A DNA stretch of 64,000 bases from Enoplolaimus lenunculus (Eukaryota), in the NCBI GenBank assembly GCA_030248215.1, contig JASANG010000295.1, positions 186,001-250,000 on the forward strand, written 5' to 3'. Both the position numbers and the translations under genes were made by a program. The notes under the pieces are model-generated. The model saw nothing but the letters and a program-made list of their open reading frames with translations, was not told where the DNA came from and searched no databases. Each line of letters begins with the position of its first letter. Position 1 is the first letter of the stretch. Of the stretch, positions 1 to 13,400 are shown one piece after another.

Positions 1-1853
1 CATCGCTTTCATAGTATTCTTCGTCGGTTTTTTTCTTTTTCAAACTACTTTTGCGAATTTCATAAAGTTTCTCGCGGTTTTCGCGTTTCTCTGTTTCAAC
101 TTTGCTAGTCACCAGTTTATCTTTCGGTCCGTCGGCAGATTTTTCTTCATTTTCAATTGTTTCTACGATTTTCAGTCCAGCGTGGTTTGAAGGTTGTGAT
201 TCCGCTGCGTCTTCACTTTTCGAGGTTGAAACATTCTGTTTTTTGGTTGATTTCGTCGTTGATTTTATCGACACTTGTCGTTCTGCATCGCTTACTAACC
301 GGACACTCTCCCGGGCTCCTTTATCAATGCTCACAACGGGCGGAGTAACGGTTCGAACGTTTGTAACCATTGTTCGCCGTTGTTGTTCTACCTCTTTCAC
401 CGTGGAAATTTTAGTTCCACCCTCGTGAGACACTCTTGACCGTCGCACCGTTGTTGTTCGATTCTCAGCAGTTCGCAACGGAGCCGGACGTCTAAAAATT
501 CGCTCTCGGATCATATGCCATGATCGTTGATTTCCGTTATAGTAGTGCGCTGAAGTTGCAGTGACAAGTTTGTCTAGACCATGTCGAACAAGCTCACCAT
601 TAGTACAAATTGTACAAAATCCAATAAGTATAGCTACTGCTAGTATGATTGCGCCCAAGATAGCAAGAAAAAAACCCCAGCTTAAATGCGGCTCAGTATA
701 AGGACGCGAGTGAGGTTCTTCAATTTGCAGGGCTCCGTAAATGATTATACCGCATACTGCAAGCATAAACGCAATTAGCATTAACACTACGACTGCAGTC
801 GACATTGAACATATCGGGAAACAATTGCAACACATAACGCACGTACATAATAACGCAGTTATGAGTAGTAACAGCGTGAAGCATATGATGATTAACGTTG
901 CGGTTTCGTATCCGGTCGCCCAGTCGTTCTTAAAGTAAACAACAATAAATGAGGTTAATTATTTGCCGCTGACAGATCCAGGAGAAGATGGGTAATGTAG
1001 GCGTAACATCCATTGCTTACTAACTTTCAATTTGCAACGGTTTACTTTAAAATCTTAGAAGAAAATTAAAACCACTGAACTGCTGAAAAGGTTATAAATA
1101 TGTGTATTTTGAATACACTCCTACTTTTGCTTAAGGAAAACTATACGCGAACAATACCCAACACTTCCGTAACTTTTAACGGTTGTTGGTAAATTTTGTT
1201 GATAGTGTGAATATAACCATGGGTATTTAAATGAGTACAAAATCCAAGGTCAATAAAAACTAACAAAATGCCAACTGACGAGCGTAATATGTACTTAACT
1301 GCAAAGTTAAATTTCAACTTCAAAACACGTGTATTCACTAGATTTGAAAGTTGGTTCAAACTCAAAAATCAACTTTACTTCGAATCTATTGCTACAGATA
1401 TGTGTCTCGATATCGGTTCCAAATGAAGCCTTCCATACAACATGGAAGCAACAAAAATGTTACTAGAAAAAGTAGGTAACTCTGAGATCAACGGAATGGT
1501 CGATTAAAAATTTTCGTAACTTCTCCAGTAAAACAAGTTTGCCTAAATATGTTTATCTTTACCTCATACAAATTTCCAACTAACGCTTGTTCATCTGACC
1601 ATTGAAATACAAGATTCCGATAGATTCCAGTCGAGTTTGTATACTCGAACGTAAACGCCATCCATGGTGCAAAAAGTGCAATTATTAGAATTGCTGTTGC
1701 AATACATAGCAATACTACAACGGTTGCAAACGGACATGAACAGTTGCAGTACGGAAACCAAGATTCACATAAGGGTTCGTCACTATCATCGCTTGATCCG
1801 GAATCTTCATCTCCTTGGGAGCCTGCGGTACTTTCAACGTCTTTATCAGGCAT
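1..1853 (-). CDS. Claudin/PMP22-like four-transmembrane protein with long charged C-terminal tail; runs off the window start
   Basis: Exons 1853-1563 (MPDKDVE...VVVLLCIATAILIIALFAPW...NLYE, GTAAAG donor), 1429-1379 (ASFGTDIETHICSNRFE) and 928-1 (NDWATGYETATLIIICFTLLLLITALLC...LSWGFFLAILGAIILAVAILIGFC..., open to base 1). All junctions are phase 0. Four hydrophobic segments, a Trp right after TM1 and 'SWGF' before TM4 fit the claudin-like pattern. Confidence 0.7.
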
Positions 1854-2404
1854 GTAAATTGGATTTTAAACGCGGTCGTTTAATTAAATTAATTTTTAAG
1901 TAACGTTGTCATTTTAAATTTCTTCTAAAATATATACCAATTAAAAAATGGCTGGGAAATTTTTAGGTTTGCATTGATACTTACATTAATAGTTCAGATT
2001 AGACTTTAGAAATTCTTTCGGGAATGTGAGGCTATATTAATGTCAGGTTGCACGAATGTGGACGAAAAATTAATTAAGATTTTTAATCTTCCAACAGTGA
2101 CTTTTCGAACGCCAGCTGGTTCCATTGGATGGCCCTAATATAACCAAACAAACTCCATTATTTTTCATTTTCATTCTGTACTGCTATCCGCAGAACTAAA
2201 CTGTCAAATGAGGAAATATGATAGTAATTTTAAAGAGTATCACATAGATGATAACAGGTCCTATCAAAAATCTTAATTCCTACCCGCATAGAGTATGCTA
2301 TCAGCAAATAAATATAAATCTGTACTTATACGTGAAATAATATATACGCATAGCAATAATAACGCGGTATACGCAACGCGCCAGGCTATCGGGCTCGAGC
2401 GTCC

Positions 2405-2545
2405 ACCTGCGATAGCTTAACGGTCAAGGTAACCGCCTTAGGTCCAAGAAACTGCTGTTCGAATCCTGGTATTAAACTAGGTAAGAGATGAAATAGAAAA
2501 TATTCATGTGTGGTGAGGTAAATACCAAAATTACGAATAAATTTA
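2405..2545 (+). mobile_element. Probable tRNA-derived SINE
   Basis: A-box-like TAGCTTAACGG and B-box GTTCGAATCC, followed by TAGGTAAGAGATGAAATAGAAAATATT. The same arrangement occurs at ~37625-37765 (+) and ~17515-17625 (-). Confidence 0.5.
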
Positions 2546-4426
2546 GCAGTCAACTATGTTCAAATGATTATTTTTCTGAAATTCAAGTAGCCATAAGACC
2601 ATCAAGAATGTCGCCTAAATTGATACCTCACAATAGAAATGATTACATTGAAAATATTTACAACTAAACCATACATGTGCTCAGATATGGCTAAAGATGG
2701 GTATGGCGTATGTGCCACCCAAGATGTTTTCTAAAGTGCGGAATTTTATAAGGTAAACTTTAAGCATTGCTCACTTGTAAAATATTAAAGGCCTGCAAAA
2801 CAACCCTTGGACCGCGGCGAGTATCTGATCCACAAGAACACGGAACAGTTTACAGTCTCCATGGCCCATGTTTACTTTAAGGGACGTCCAGGTTTCTGGT
2901 GGATCTATAAAACAGTAGGTAGGTTTAGATTCTAGATTACATTTTTTGCTAACGCTAAGGTTTAGGCTTAGGCTTAGGCTTGGGAACTCATTTTTGCAAC
3001 GCTTAGGCTTAGCCTTACGAATACGCTTAATCTACTATTGCTCTCCTCAAAGTAACATTGGTCAACACAAACCTCAATCTTTTTATATCGCTTTCAAAAG
3101 CATGTAAAAGAACACGCCGTATCATACAAAACCTGGCATTTTTCTGTTACAAAAAACAGCACAGGTACATTTCAACAACAAAAACAATTTAATACTGTAA
3201 CTGGCGTTTCATAAATAGCAAAATGATTGTTTCCGTACCGGGTTAAGCCTATGACCTCTGGCTAACTGGTACCATGGCACGTGCCAGTAGGATTTACAAT
3301 TATGCAACGTTGTATGAACTGCGACGCTTTGTAGGGGTCAATTTTCACGCGCAGTGGTTGGCTCAAGAAAGTGAAAACTTCCGGAAACATTTCATGAAAT
3401 TCTTCGTAAACGACTAAATCGAACTCATTGTAGTAGAAAATATAGTTAAGCGACGTTTGAACGGCTGGTAAAGAGTTAGCTTCTGATTGCTAATACTTTA
3501 AAATTTGTTTGATTTGCAGGACCGAAGTGTTTGGGTTTCAAGAAAATTAATTCCAAGTTGTTTTAAAATGGAAAGTTTTGGAGCAAACTAAACCGACTGT
3601 AGACAGCTCATCATGTTGGAAAGAAGACGAAACCATTTCAGGAGGGTCATAGAGAAATTTCTGATGAATTACAAGCGAGATAGAGAATGTTCTAAAACTT
3701 GCAATATTTTTTACTTGAGGAGATATACGCACTCGGCGGCCTCTCACTATGATCCCGAAACTAAGGCTTGAAGGCGACAATAACACGTTGAATACTGGAA
3801 AATGTATTAATAAAAGGTAGCTGCAACATTAACGTATAAACTGAAGGGATTTTAGAATAACTTAACATTTGAACTACAGCTTAGTACGAACGTATTCAAA
3901 TAATTTAAATTTAAATCCCAAATCTAATTCCTGAAGCAACTGTCGCGTTTTGTGTTTTTAAATTTTTCAAATTTTGGCGTAAATTTAATGATAAAGCTTA
4001 GGCGTTGATACATGCTTTTCCGTAGAAAGTGCACAATTGCCAAATCTGACATTGAATGCGCAATTCAAGCTCATTTTCAAGTTATTGCAGTTTTTTGTGA
4101 ATTTGTTTGTATAATTGAAAACCGACTTAAGTTTCGTCAGCGAAAATGGTAACCAGCATGCGCCTGGCTTTGATGTCTCGACAACAAAGTTTGACATTAA
4201 ATTCTAAATGTAAATTTATAACGAAAGGGGCATGTATGTTGCTGGCTTGGTCTGCGTACTTATAATAAACGACGCGACTAAATATAGCTTAAAAACTTCA
4301 GCTCCTTGATTTTCGTTTAAACTATATCTCGCAATCATAGTCTACAAGGCTTATAACTCGCTAATCTTACCGACCACAAATGTCAACACTTTTTACTTAT
4401 TCCACATACAACTAAACTGTGAAAGG

Positions 4427-4805
4427 CAAGGTGCAACCGGAGGTGAAAAATACCGGAGCCGGAGCATAAGGTCAGCGAAACCTGTCGGAACCGGAGCCGA
4501 AGGTGAGGCGAAATAAGTTAGTATTAAATGATGGTTAATTAGTTAATTTTAGCCAACATCTGCATTATGTTGTTAAGTTGTTTGGTTTTGCTCTAATTTT
4601 CTTCGAAAATTCAGAAATTCTATATGAAATTGTGACAAAAGTAAAGCGAAACGCGCTAAACAGATAAATTTTTCCAAAATTATGCAAAATTTTACTACCG
4701 AAATTGCCGGACCTCCGGCAAAAATGCTACCGAAACCGGAGCCGGAGCTGGAGGCCGATATTGTGCCGGAGCCGTAGCCGGAGGCAGACCTCCGATTGTA
4801 CCCTG
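4427..4805. mobile_element. hAT-like non-autonomous element (MITE)
   Basis: Imperfect TIR CAAGGTGCAACCGGAGGT ... ACCTCCGATTGTACCCTG, subterminal CCGGAG repeats, and a near-perfect 8-bp TSD GTGAAAGG/GTGAAAGA. Related fragments at ~39895-39945 and ~61815-61855. Confidence 0.75.
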
Positions 4806-5375
4806 GTGAAAGACTTTTCCGCTAACAGCCGTGTTTTCGTGAAACTTTCAAAACATATTACTTGTTTATGTTCTCCCGAAACTGTCACTTTCCTGCAAAA
4901 CCTTGTATATAATTTGAATGCTGGCTGAATTAAATTTAGAGAACTACATTTTGCAATTCAATGGCATTCGTTATTAAGCATTGTTGTTTTAACGGAAATT
5001 TTATTTGCTAAAAGCGGCAAGATTGCGAGACCGCTTAAAGTATAGAGCACACGTTCTTTCTGGTAATTTTACGAATTTGAAACTTTTAAAATTGAAGGCG
5101 TAAGTTTAAGATGCCATTAAAATGGATAGTGGACCGGTTAACGACATTTGGTGCCGGAGACCACTATGCACAGTTTAGAAAGTGAAACTGATGAACACAA
5201 CCTCGCTTCTTAAACAACGGTGAAAACAATGAACTCTAGTTACTTATTAAAATGTTGCAAACAGCTGAAAGCCTATGTTGTCAAAAAGATAAGGTGCATG
5301 TCATAAAAATTTGTGATTTGTATTCAAATATATTATTATAATACTAATTATTAAATTTAAATTTGAAAATTTTAG

Positions 5376-8300
5376 AATCTGTCAAATAGTACGATTGTTG
5401 GACCACCGAAATTGGCGCACATTTGTGAAACAGCAACGATGAAAACAATTCTACCGCCGGAAATCCACTCAGTTACTCAGTCGTTCGTCTCAGTTGCTGA
5501 CCCTCGTCATTACAAGGTTCGGTTTTCTCATTTTAATACAGCAATCTAACAAAACTTAGGAATTATTAGAGTAGACAGGAACATTTCTAGACAAGGTAAA
5601 TGTTCTTAACATGTAAAAAGTGAAACATTAAATGCTGTCGAAAAATTGTTTGGCCAACGGGCGTGTAAAACTGTCTGTATAGGGTGACCCAATAGCGGAG
5701 ACCCTGCGTTAATGCTCATTTTGATTCGAAGAGAGCAATTAGCAGCGGGCCCGTAGCCAAGGGGGGCCGGGGGGGCTTAGTTCCTTCTGGAAAATTTTTC
5801 TTCACGCCAATAAGACTGCGACATGTTTTTGGCCTAAATTTAGACACACCTTCGTTAAACTGTTCTTCAGCCAAAAATGCCGGGATTATGACTTGCTTAG
5901 AGTAACTACATCAGGACCCACGTGCAAAGCACGAAGTCTTTAAGTATTTGGAGTGGTCTAGCATGTTGAACTGGTTACGGACCGTCACAACATCAATTTT
6001 CTATTTATAGTTTGCTTCAACAACCTATAATCACGTCGAAACAACGCCTGTACCAACGCAATGCCAATGTGATCTAAAAAATACAACCTTACCAGCCCCA
6101 ACGAATTCAGGACTGTCTTTGATTTCAATGCCCACCTCAGGTTCCACATTGGTTCCGATGGAACCAAATGTGAAAGTCATAAATCCCAATATCGCGTCGC
6201 TGTGTTCTCCGTTGTGCGCCGGTAACTCTGAAATATCAGATGACGTCATTAACCAATTCAACACGTCATTCAATATTGATCGTCCACATCAAAAGACATC
6301 TGCTGCCGCTGCGAATTCAACCTTAGTAGGAGCATTGTCTAGTGTAAGTTTGCTGAGATTTAGCCAACGCTGGAGTAAAGTTCTGGTAACCCATGAGGCA
6401 AATTTCGCGATTTTTGAACACGGTCTGAATTAGTGATAATGAAAAAAATTAGTGTCACTGCTAGAGGAGCTTCCCTAAGGGGGCATTGGGGGCTGTGCCC
6501 CCCAAAATTTGTTGGTGCCCCCCGAATAGAAAAAAGGATTCTGTTGTTCTAACACTAAACAATATAGAATTGCAATTGTAGGGGCTCACCAAAATACTTC
6601 GTTGCCCCGCAATGTAACTTTCTATGGACGCCCCTGCGTTGCTACCTCAAAATTTATGCTTAACTTCAAGCTTACACTTGGTGCAGTACGGCAATAAGCT
6701 TATGCTTAATTGTTTACGGTCATTGCGCACAATGTGCAAATCGCACGAAAATATGTAAGAACTGGCTGCAATCCCATAAAAGTGCATATGTTCATTGAGG
6801 TATTTAGTTCTCATCCGTTATATAAAATAGTTGGGTTCTTCTTGTAGCTGTATTCCTTTCGTCCACAGTTTTCGAACTTTGAGATTTTGGCATAACTTAG
6901 GCTTAAAGTTTGGCAAAGGCTTATGCTCAGGCTTATGCTTACACCTATGTGTTTAATTATATAACTCCGAACCGTTGTTTTCCAGTATAGAGGTGTACAC
7001 CACAAACAGTTATCAACTACTCTGATGCTTTCAACAGCGCTGCATTTATCTTCCGTTATTATTAATTTATTTGTTTCAGTTTCACAAGAAAAACCAACTA
7101 AGCAATTCGGAATTTGCGTCCAATCGCGGCGTTGCTTTATGCCAAGCGGATGGCTTAATTCGTGATGGTGTTGGTATGGATCGGCCATTTGTGGACGGAG
7201 AACCGCTACAAAGCGCTGCCGCAGCGTTATGGTACGAAAGATTTGGTGCGCAATTGGCGTACGTCAACCATGGCATTTCGGGTCTTGCTGTTAAGTCGAA
7301 TGATAAATATCTCTCGGGCCAAAGGCCGCCAGATTGGGCGTTCACTGATGACAAAACCAGCTACGGAGCTACTAGCTTGAAGATTGGATCCGATGAAGCG
7401 AGTTTACGGTCGCTGAGAAGAACCGCAGCACAGCATGAGTAGGTTTTTGGTACTTGGACTGAAATTATGAAACATGCACGCCTAGCGTTACACTTTAGCG
7501 ATAGGCTTTGTTTTGGCCTTTAGACTCTGGCCCATGTTTATGAATGATATAAAACGGTAATATTGGGGAGCTTTATACCTTGAATTACAGTTGTGGGAAT
7601 TAAATCCACACCATTTTTAACAAAAAACCTATAATTTTGCAATTTGTTCGCTGCAGTTACGTACTTTGTGAAATCGCACTATAATATTTACATATAAAAC
7701 CTGGTCAATGTTTAGCTGGAATCGGCCAATAAAATTGCGTTGAGCGCTGCTGAACAAAGTTTTACAATTTCGAACGAAATTTCCAAACTAAATTGAAGTG
7801 TCATGTGATATCGGATAGGTTTTATGCTTCCCACGAGACACTGTCTTACCCGTTTTGCTAGATTGAGAATTGCTTTCCGTCCATTCTTTTACAAGAATCC
7901 ACGAAAATTCGTCGTCCAATAACTTGTCGCCCAACCGTGTCCCAAAACATATAAATAAGTGTAAGTAAACGTAATCCTAAACCTAACCGTAAACCTAAAC
8001 ATAACGATGGACGACGAATTGTCGAATCGATGAAATTTCAAACTACAAGTTGTCGGTCGACGAGTTGTCGTGTCGACGAGATGTCGTGATACCCTGTTTA
8101 CAGACAAAATTTGATTTTGTTTTGAAATTTAAATAGCAAGATTATTTCAAATTCTGCAATTTTTAAAATTTAGGCCACCTGAACGTATGCCTGTGTCAGT
8201 TGGAATTCTAATCGTCGTTGGTTTCATCATTGGTGGATCGGTATTGTTTGCAATTTACGAAGAATGGAATATGTTCAATGGTGCATATTTTTGTTTTATC

Positions 8301-10240
8301 ACTATGACAACAATTGGTAAGTCTTTTGTAGCGTCAATTGGCGAAGCGCCTGGCTACAACTAGAATTTGCTTAAGGATAGCTCATCGGCTACTTTGAATA
8401 TTGCGCGCTCTTCGAGGGTGTTTGAGACGTAGTTATAGTCTCGTTTCTGCGGTAGGGTAAGGTTTGCTGGACCATATTATGTATTGGAATTTTGTTGGTT
8501 ATATGGGTATATATGTTTCTTATTATCAGTGCCAGAGCAGACAAAGGTGCCCCCCATTTAAACCTTCGGTGGATTTTGTTTCAACCGGTTAGGATTGAGC
8601 CCTTTAGGGGTAGGGCCTCCCAAATGAGGGTATGAAAAGTGGCTGCGCCGGGGTTTGGTTAATATGGTTATGTTATCGCCTTTTGTGTAGCGCTAATTAG
8701 CGAAGCGGCTAGCAACAGTTTTTTGTTTTTGGAAGTAGTTTTTAATGTTTGGCCTCTGATAACTCTGGAACTATACTAAAATAAACGATAACATCTTTAA
8801 GCGTTTACGTATGCAACCGCTTAGGTTTATACTCATACATGGCTAAAGCATTCAGAATTGTTCAAGGCATAATCGGTACAATGTTAGGAACTGAACTTGT
8901 CGGTCTATTGATTATTGCTTTGTAATGTAGATTAATATTCCTCCGCGAAACGTAAAATATACTGAATTAATGTTGAAAACTGCTAATTTTCAGCCTAAAC
9001 ACGTATAACGCTACGGTTCGTATTCGTTCACAGCATAATATTAGCGTCAGATTATTTTGCTTTAATTTCAGGATTTGGCGATCTGGTACCTGGTGTTGAC
9101 TCGAACCGTGGCTCGTCTCAAGGTTCAGAGACGCCAATTATATGTTCGGTGTATCTTTTGGTCGGGATGGCATTAATAGGTATATACGGTGATGTGTTTG
9201 AAAACCAGCAGTTCATACCTTGAAAGCTTAATTTACACTTACGAATAATACTCAAAAAAATGCGTTCTAAATGGCAAATGCCCAAAACGGATTGTGGCAG
9301 TGGTGTGATGGGCACATAACTATTCAATATAAGTTTAAATATATACGTTTAAACTCTAGTCAAAACGAACGTATGGTAGATATATACTCCAAAATGAAAT
9401 ACACTGTTAAATCTAAATAGATCCGGCCAATGTATAGAGCAGGGCCGTAACAATAACATAAACTTATTCCTATGACTAAGCCTAATCCGGAGGCTAACCG
9501 TACGTATGAGCTTGTACCTAAGCCTAACCAGAAAAATTCGCTAAAGCTTAAGCTTACTCTAGTGCAGTCCCGCAGGAAAACTTACCAATCCCTGACCTTT
9601 ACATTGGTCATGAAACCTTAAAATTAAAAATTACGAAAGACAACAAGGCTGACTTGTGCTTGGCATTAACAAATTGAAGTATTGTGGAACATTTTAACTT
9701 CTTGCCACATTAATATTTCCTGCTTTATCTGAAATCCAGGTGTTTGCCATCTTCACTCCGCTATATATGAGCTTAACTATCGAAACTGAGGTGGCTGTTA
9801 CGTCTTGCGGACTTTTTCCTTTACACATACGTGAACTAATTTTGAAACATTGCACATTATTGTGTGATGAGTGCATGTACCGCGTTGACAGTTAGTTGCT
9901 CATAGTAGCATACTGTATTCCTGTAAGAGTTGAGATTTGTAACCTATTCATAGTCTGAAGCTAGTTTCTACTCGATGTTTGTTACGTATTATGTCCACAT
10001 TTAACAGCGATGTGCTTCAAATTGATGCAAGACGATGTGATACAAAAAACGCGTTGGTTGGGTCAAAAAATTGGACTGCTGGTCCGCGAAGATCAACATT
10101 TTGGTGTTTTTGACTCAGAATATGATGATGAATACGATGATGAAGATGATGATGATGATGACGAGTACGAAACCGATTATGCGAACGACGCTGGAATTGT
10201 TGAAGACGACGCCATTGATGTCGTTCAACACGATAAACAA

Positions 10241-10271
<31 letters not shown>

Positions 10272-10432
10272 GTAATAAAACTAATACCAATAATAATAGT
10301 AATAATAACAATAATAATCATAATAATAATCATCATAATAATAATAATGATGATATTAGTAACAATATCAACAATAATAATAAACATAAAAATGATAATG
10401 AAAACAATAGTGAAGAATATTGCAAATTATAA
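5376..10432 (+). CDS. Two-pore-domain (K2P/TWK family) potassium channel, 3' portion: M2-M3 loop, M3, P2, M4 and C-tail
   Basis: Phase-consistent exons 5376-5516, 6011-6343, 7080-7438, 8174-8316, 9072-9179 and 10008-10432. They encode RMPVSVGILIVVGFIIGGSVLFAIYEEWNMFNGAYFCFITMTTIG|FGDLVPG (TIGFGD selectivity filter) and IICSVYLLVGMALI|AMCFKLMQDDVIQKTRWLGQKIGLL. The three loop exons are supported only by open frame and splice phase. Confidence 0.88.
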
Positions 10433-10475
10433 TAATGGTAATAATAAAAATAGTAATAGTAAAAATAATACTAAT
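10240..10475 (+). repeat. (AAT)n-rich low-complexity repeat encoding a poly-Asn tail and extending past the stop codon
   Basis: AATAATAAT arrays in the K2P final exon, preceded by a (GAT)n acidic tract at ~10120-10165. Confidence 0.9.
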
Positions 10476-13400
10476 AAACGGTCATAAAGAAATTTGCAAG
10501 AATAATAATCCGGCGATTATGATAAAAACTGTAGGTTGTCTTTTCCATAGCTAACTTTTAATATTAAAGACAGTCATGTATGCATAGATTGGTTTGTCTT
10601 CAATTTATAAGTTTGTCTGGTAATAAATTATTTGTCAATAAGCGTTTTGTAACCCATTACTCCAGTCTTTTGTCATTACTCAAAAACTGCGCTTTTCCCT
10701 TCGCATACTTTTACTCCGCCCACGTATCATTCGGCCGACAGTTTGACATGAATTCATTTTCAATGCCTGGTAGGGTATACATTTGGTCCCGAAATTTCTC
10801 AAGAAACCAATAAAAAGCAATCTTACAGGTTTTTGAATATTGTCGCACTGAATGATACAGGTCCAAGCAATTTTTCGCACGCTTGTAAAACTTCCACGTA
10901 TATCATCCGTAAACACCACAGAAACTTGATTATGTTGGCCAAACGATCTGTTGGCCAAATAAGACAGTACACTGGTCCGCTTATTTGAATTACATTAGGT
11001 GCAAAGCACGTGATTGGTTGGCTTCTGTAACTATGCTAAACATGTATACTTCGCGGCAGTTATGTTTGTCTATTAGGCACAGAACCTATTAAAGTCAAAC
11101 AGCAAAGAGATCAGCGTGCCAAAAAAACGTGATATATGGTTCATCACTTTCATTTAAGTTCATGATACCAACAAAAAAACACGGCAAACTCCACGCATAA
11201 GCGGGATCGTAGCGAAACGGGATCATCGGGACTCAGCTTCTCCCCCTGGGAAAATTTTGGTCCTTTAGAAAATATTCAATCATGGTTGTAAGTCAACAAA
11301 AACGATTTTATGCCGTTACTGAAAAAAGTTTTAGCCCCCCACAGCAAGGTGAACTTTCTATGGGCCTGCGCACGAGCTGATGTACCCATGGCGCATTTCC
11401 CAAATGATTTTGTGAAACGGCTTGTTTGATACGCTGGCAATACACACCAATGTTTAAACGCTTTGTTTATATATGCAAAATTTTTGGCAGTTGTACTGAC
11501 TGGCCTTTATTAGCTACCGGTGACCCGGCGCATTTAACCGCTGTGAGTAATGTTTGAACCGAGGGATATATGCATCAGAGGGTCAAATATATATGTGCCC
11601 CTTCGTCTAATGGCTATTTCACCAAAAGCGTAGCCCAGATTTTGGGAAAAAGTCCCGTTTTTCGGAAATTTCGTACGGTCGTCTGCGGTGTTATCGGCTG
11701 CAACCACTTTACAAATTTGTGTGAACTATTGCCCAATTTGAACTGGGGTTTTGAGCCCCACTACGTTTGGTCAGAAAAGTATTACCAACTTAAATTTCTT
11801 GGTGCCGCTAAGTTCAATTTTCTGCCAGTGCTGTTGTTGGTAACGCTAGCGCATTTACAAAGTTTAGATTTGTCTTGAATGACGGCAACTGTTGAATTGT
11901 TTGTGTTTTTTAAACCCGCAGATGTAAAGTAGTAAAAATTGTGTAACATTTTTATAAACAGCCTATCGAAATAAACTTACTTTAGCGGTTTTGGACTGTC
12001 AGATGTTATAGAATGATTGTTTTTATACTGCAGAACAGGGTTGGAACCGGCGCTGTTTTTTAAGGTTAGGGCACGGCACCTTACAATTTTTCTACATGAC
12101 ATAATTTTTAGTGATATAATGATAAAGTTTCTACCTTAAAATTTTTGCGTTGCATAACATTTACAACCCCGCCCCCCGTCAGAAATACCTGGATACGCAG
12201 CTGGTTGGTGTAATGAGTCACAGGTTAATTATACATTACGGCTGTTCTTGATGAAAACTAAAGATAACGTTTGGAAAATTTTATCTTTGCTTGCGCCAAA
12301 ATCCGTTTTCGTTCAGTTAAAAGTGTCTTATTAATAACTTATGCAACACTTGAACTTTGAACCAGAACGATATTCTCAGCCGAATCCGGAAGGCTGGGCT
12401 CCTCTAAAACGACCCGAGAAAGTAACCGTTGTTTGTCTAAACATCAGCTTCTGTGCTTAATTGTTAAACTTCTGACACGAGATTGCGCATATTATTTAAA
12501 CGTAGTTGCGCACGGAACTTTTCAGCAGTTCAATAATTGGTTTCGTCAAAATTTGACCAACTTTTCTTATTTACTTCAAGCACAACCTACCTTGTGCACG
12601 TTTTCACCAGCTCTTTGTTTTTACGACATCGGATAAAACAGACTGCATTCTATCATGATTGCATACTCAACACATTTCTTTTGACAGAAGATCTGTATAC
12701 CATGTACCAGGGCGCATTTAGAGATGAAAATATTCTAGCCTGAATTCGAGGTCAACAAATTTTGTTGTAGTTGGAACATGAGGTGAAGGAAGCGAAATTT
12801 GTGATAAAAATGATGTTAAATTAGCTGCTATTAGCAGCAGGATGCAACCGGATATCCGTTTCTGTTTCCCGTAAATATTGGTGTCCGTTTCCGTAATTGT
12901 GTAATTTTTATGTTCAAAATTAGTTAAATCTCATATATCTTGCAATCTTTGGTTACAGATATGCTACAACTGTTTGAAAAGAAATAAAAATTAAGAAATT
13001 TAACCAAAATCTTAAAAATTACGATGTATACATCGGTTTTCTTGATTTGAAAAACCGATGAATGTATGCACGCCTCAATTGTGTTGACAGAAAAGTAAAA
13101 CATTTTTGAAACCTTTATACTTCAATATCCGTTTTTCGTTTCCATTTCCGTTATTTTGATCACTATCCGTTTCCGTTTCCGCTACTTGTACTATCCGTTT
13201 ACAAGGTGATTAGCGGTAATTTGCTGACGAATTTTTGCCGGAGCGCTGATCTTCGACAGTATCCAGCTGTATAAGAAGATGAGCGCAAATTAGCGAAGAG
13301 TTCTGTTTTAGTGTCATTAACGTTCAGACCAATGGCTATGGGAAGAAAATGTTATGGGTCAAATTTCAAACTGAAACCATCTTACAAAAAATTAGTTCCA

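Noticed and set aside
102..938. Plus-strand ORFs 102-428, 157-348 and 741-938
   Set aside because: Antisense shadows of the minus-strand claudin-like exon.
2405..2475. Functional tRNA gene
   Set aside because: A/B boxes are present but there is no clean cloverleaf, and the 3' flank is shared with other dispersed copies, so a SINE is more likely.
3520..3816. Exon-like segment (TTGCAG acceptor ... AAG|GTAGCT donor) as a K2P coding exon
   Set aside because: Stop codons occur in all three frames across the span and there is no channel motif; it could be UTR or noncoding.
10071..10487. Poly-Ile/Met ORFs on both strands
   Set aside because: Alternative-frame readings of the AAT/GAT repeats in the K2P last exon.
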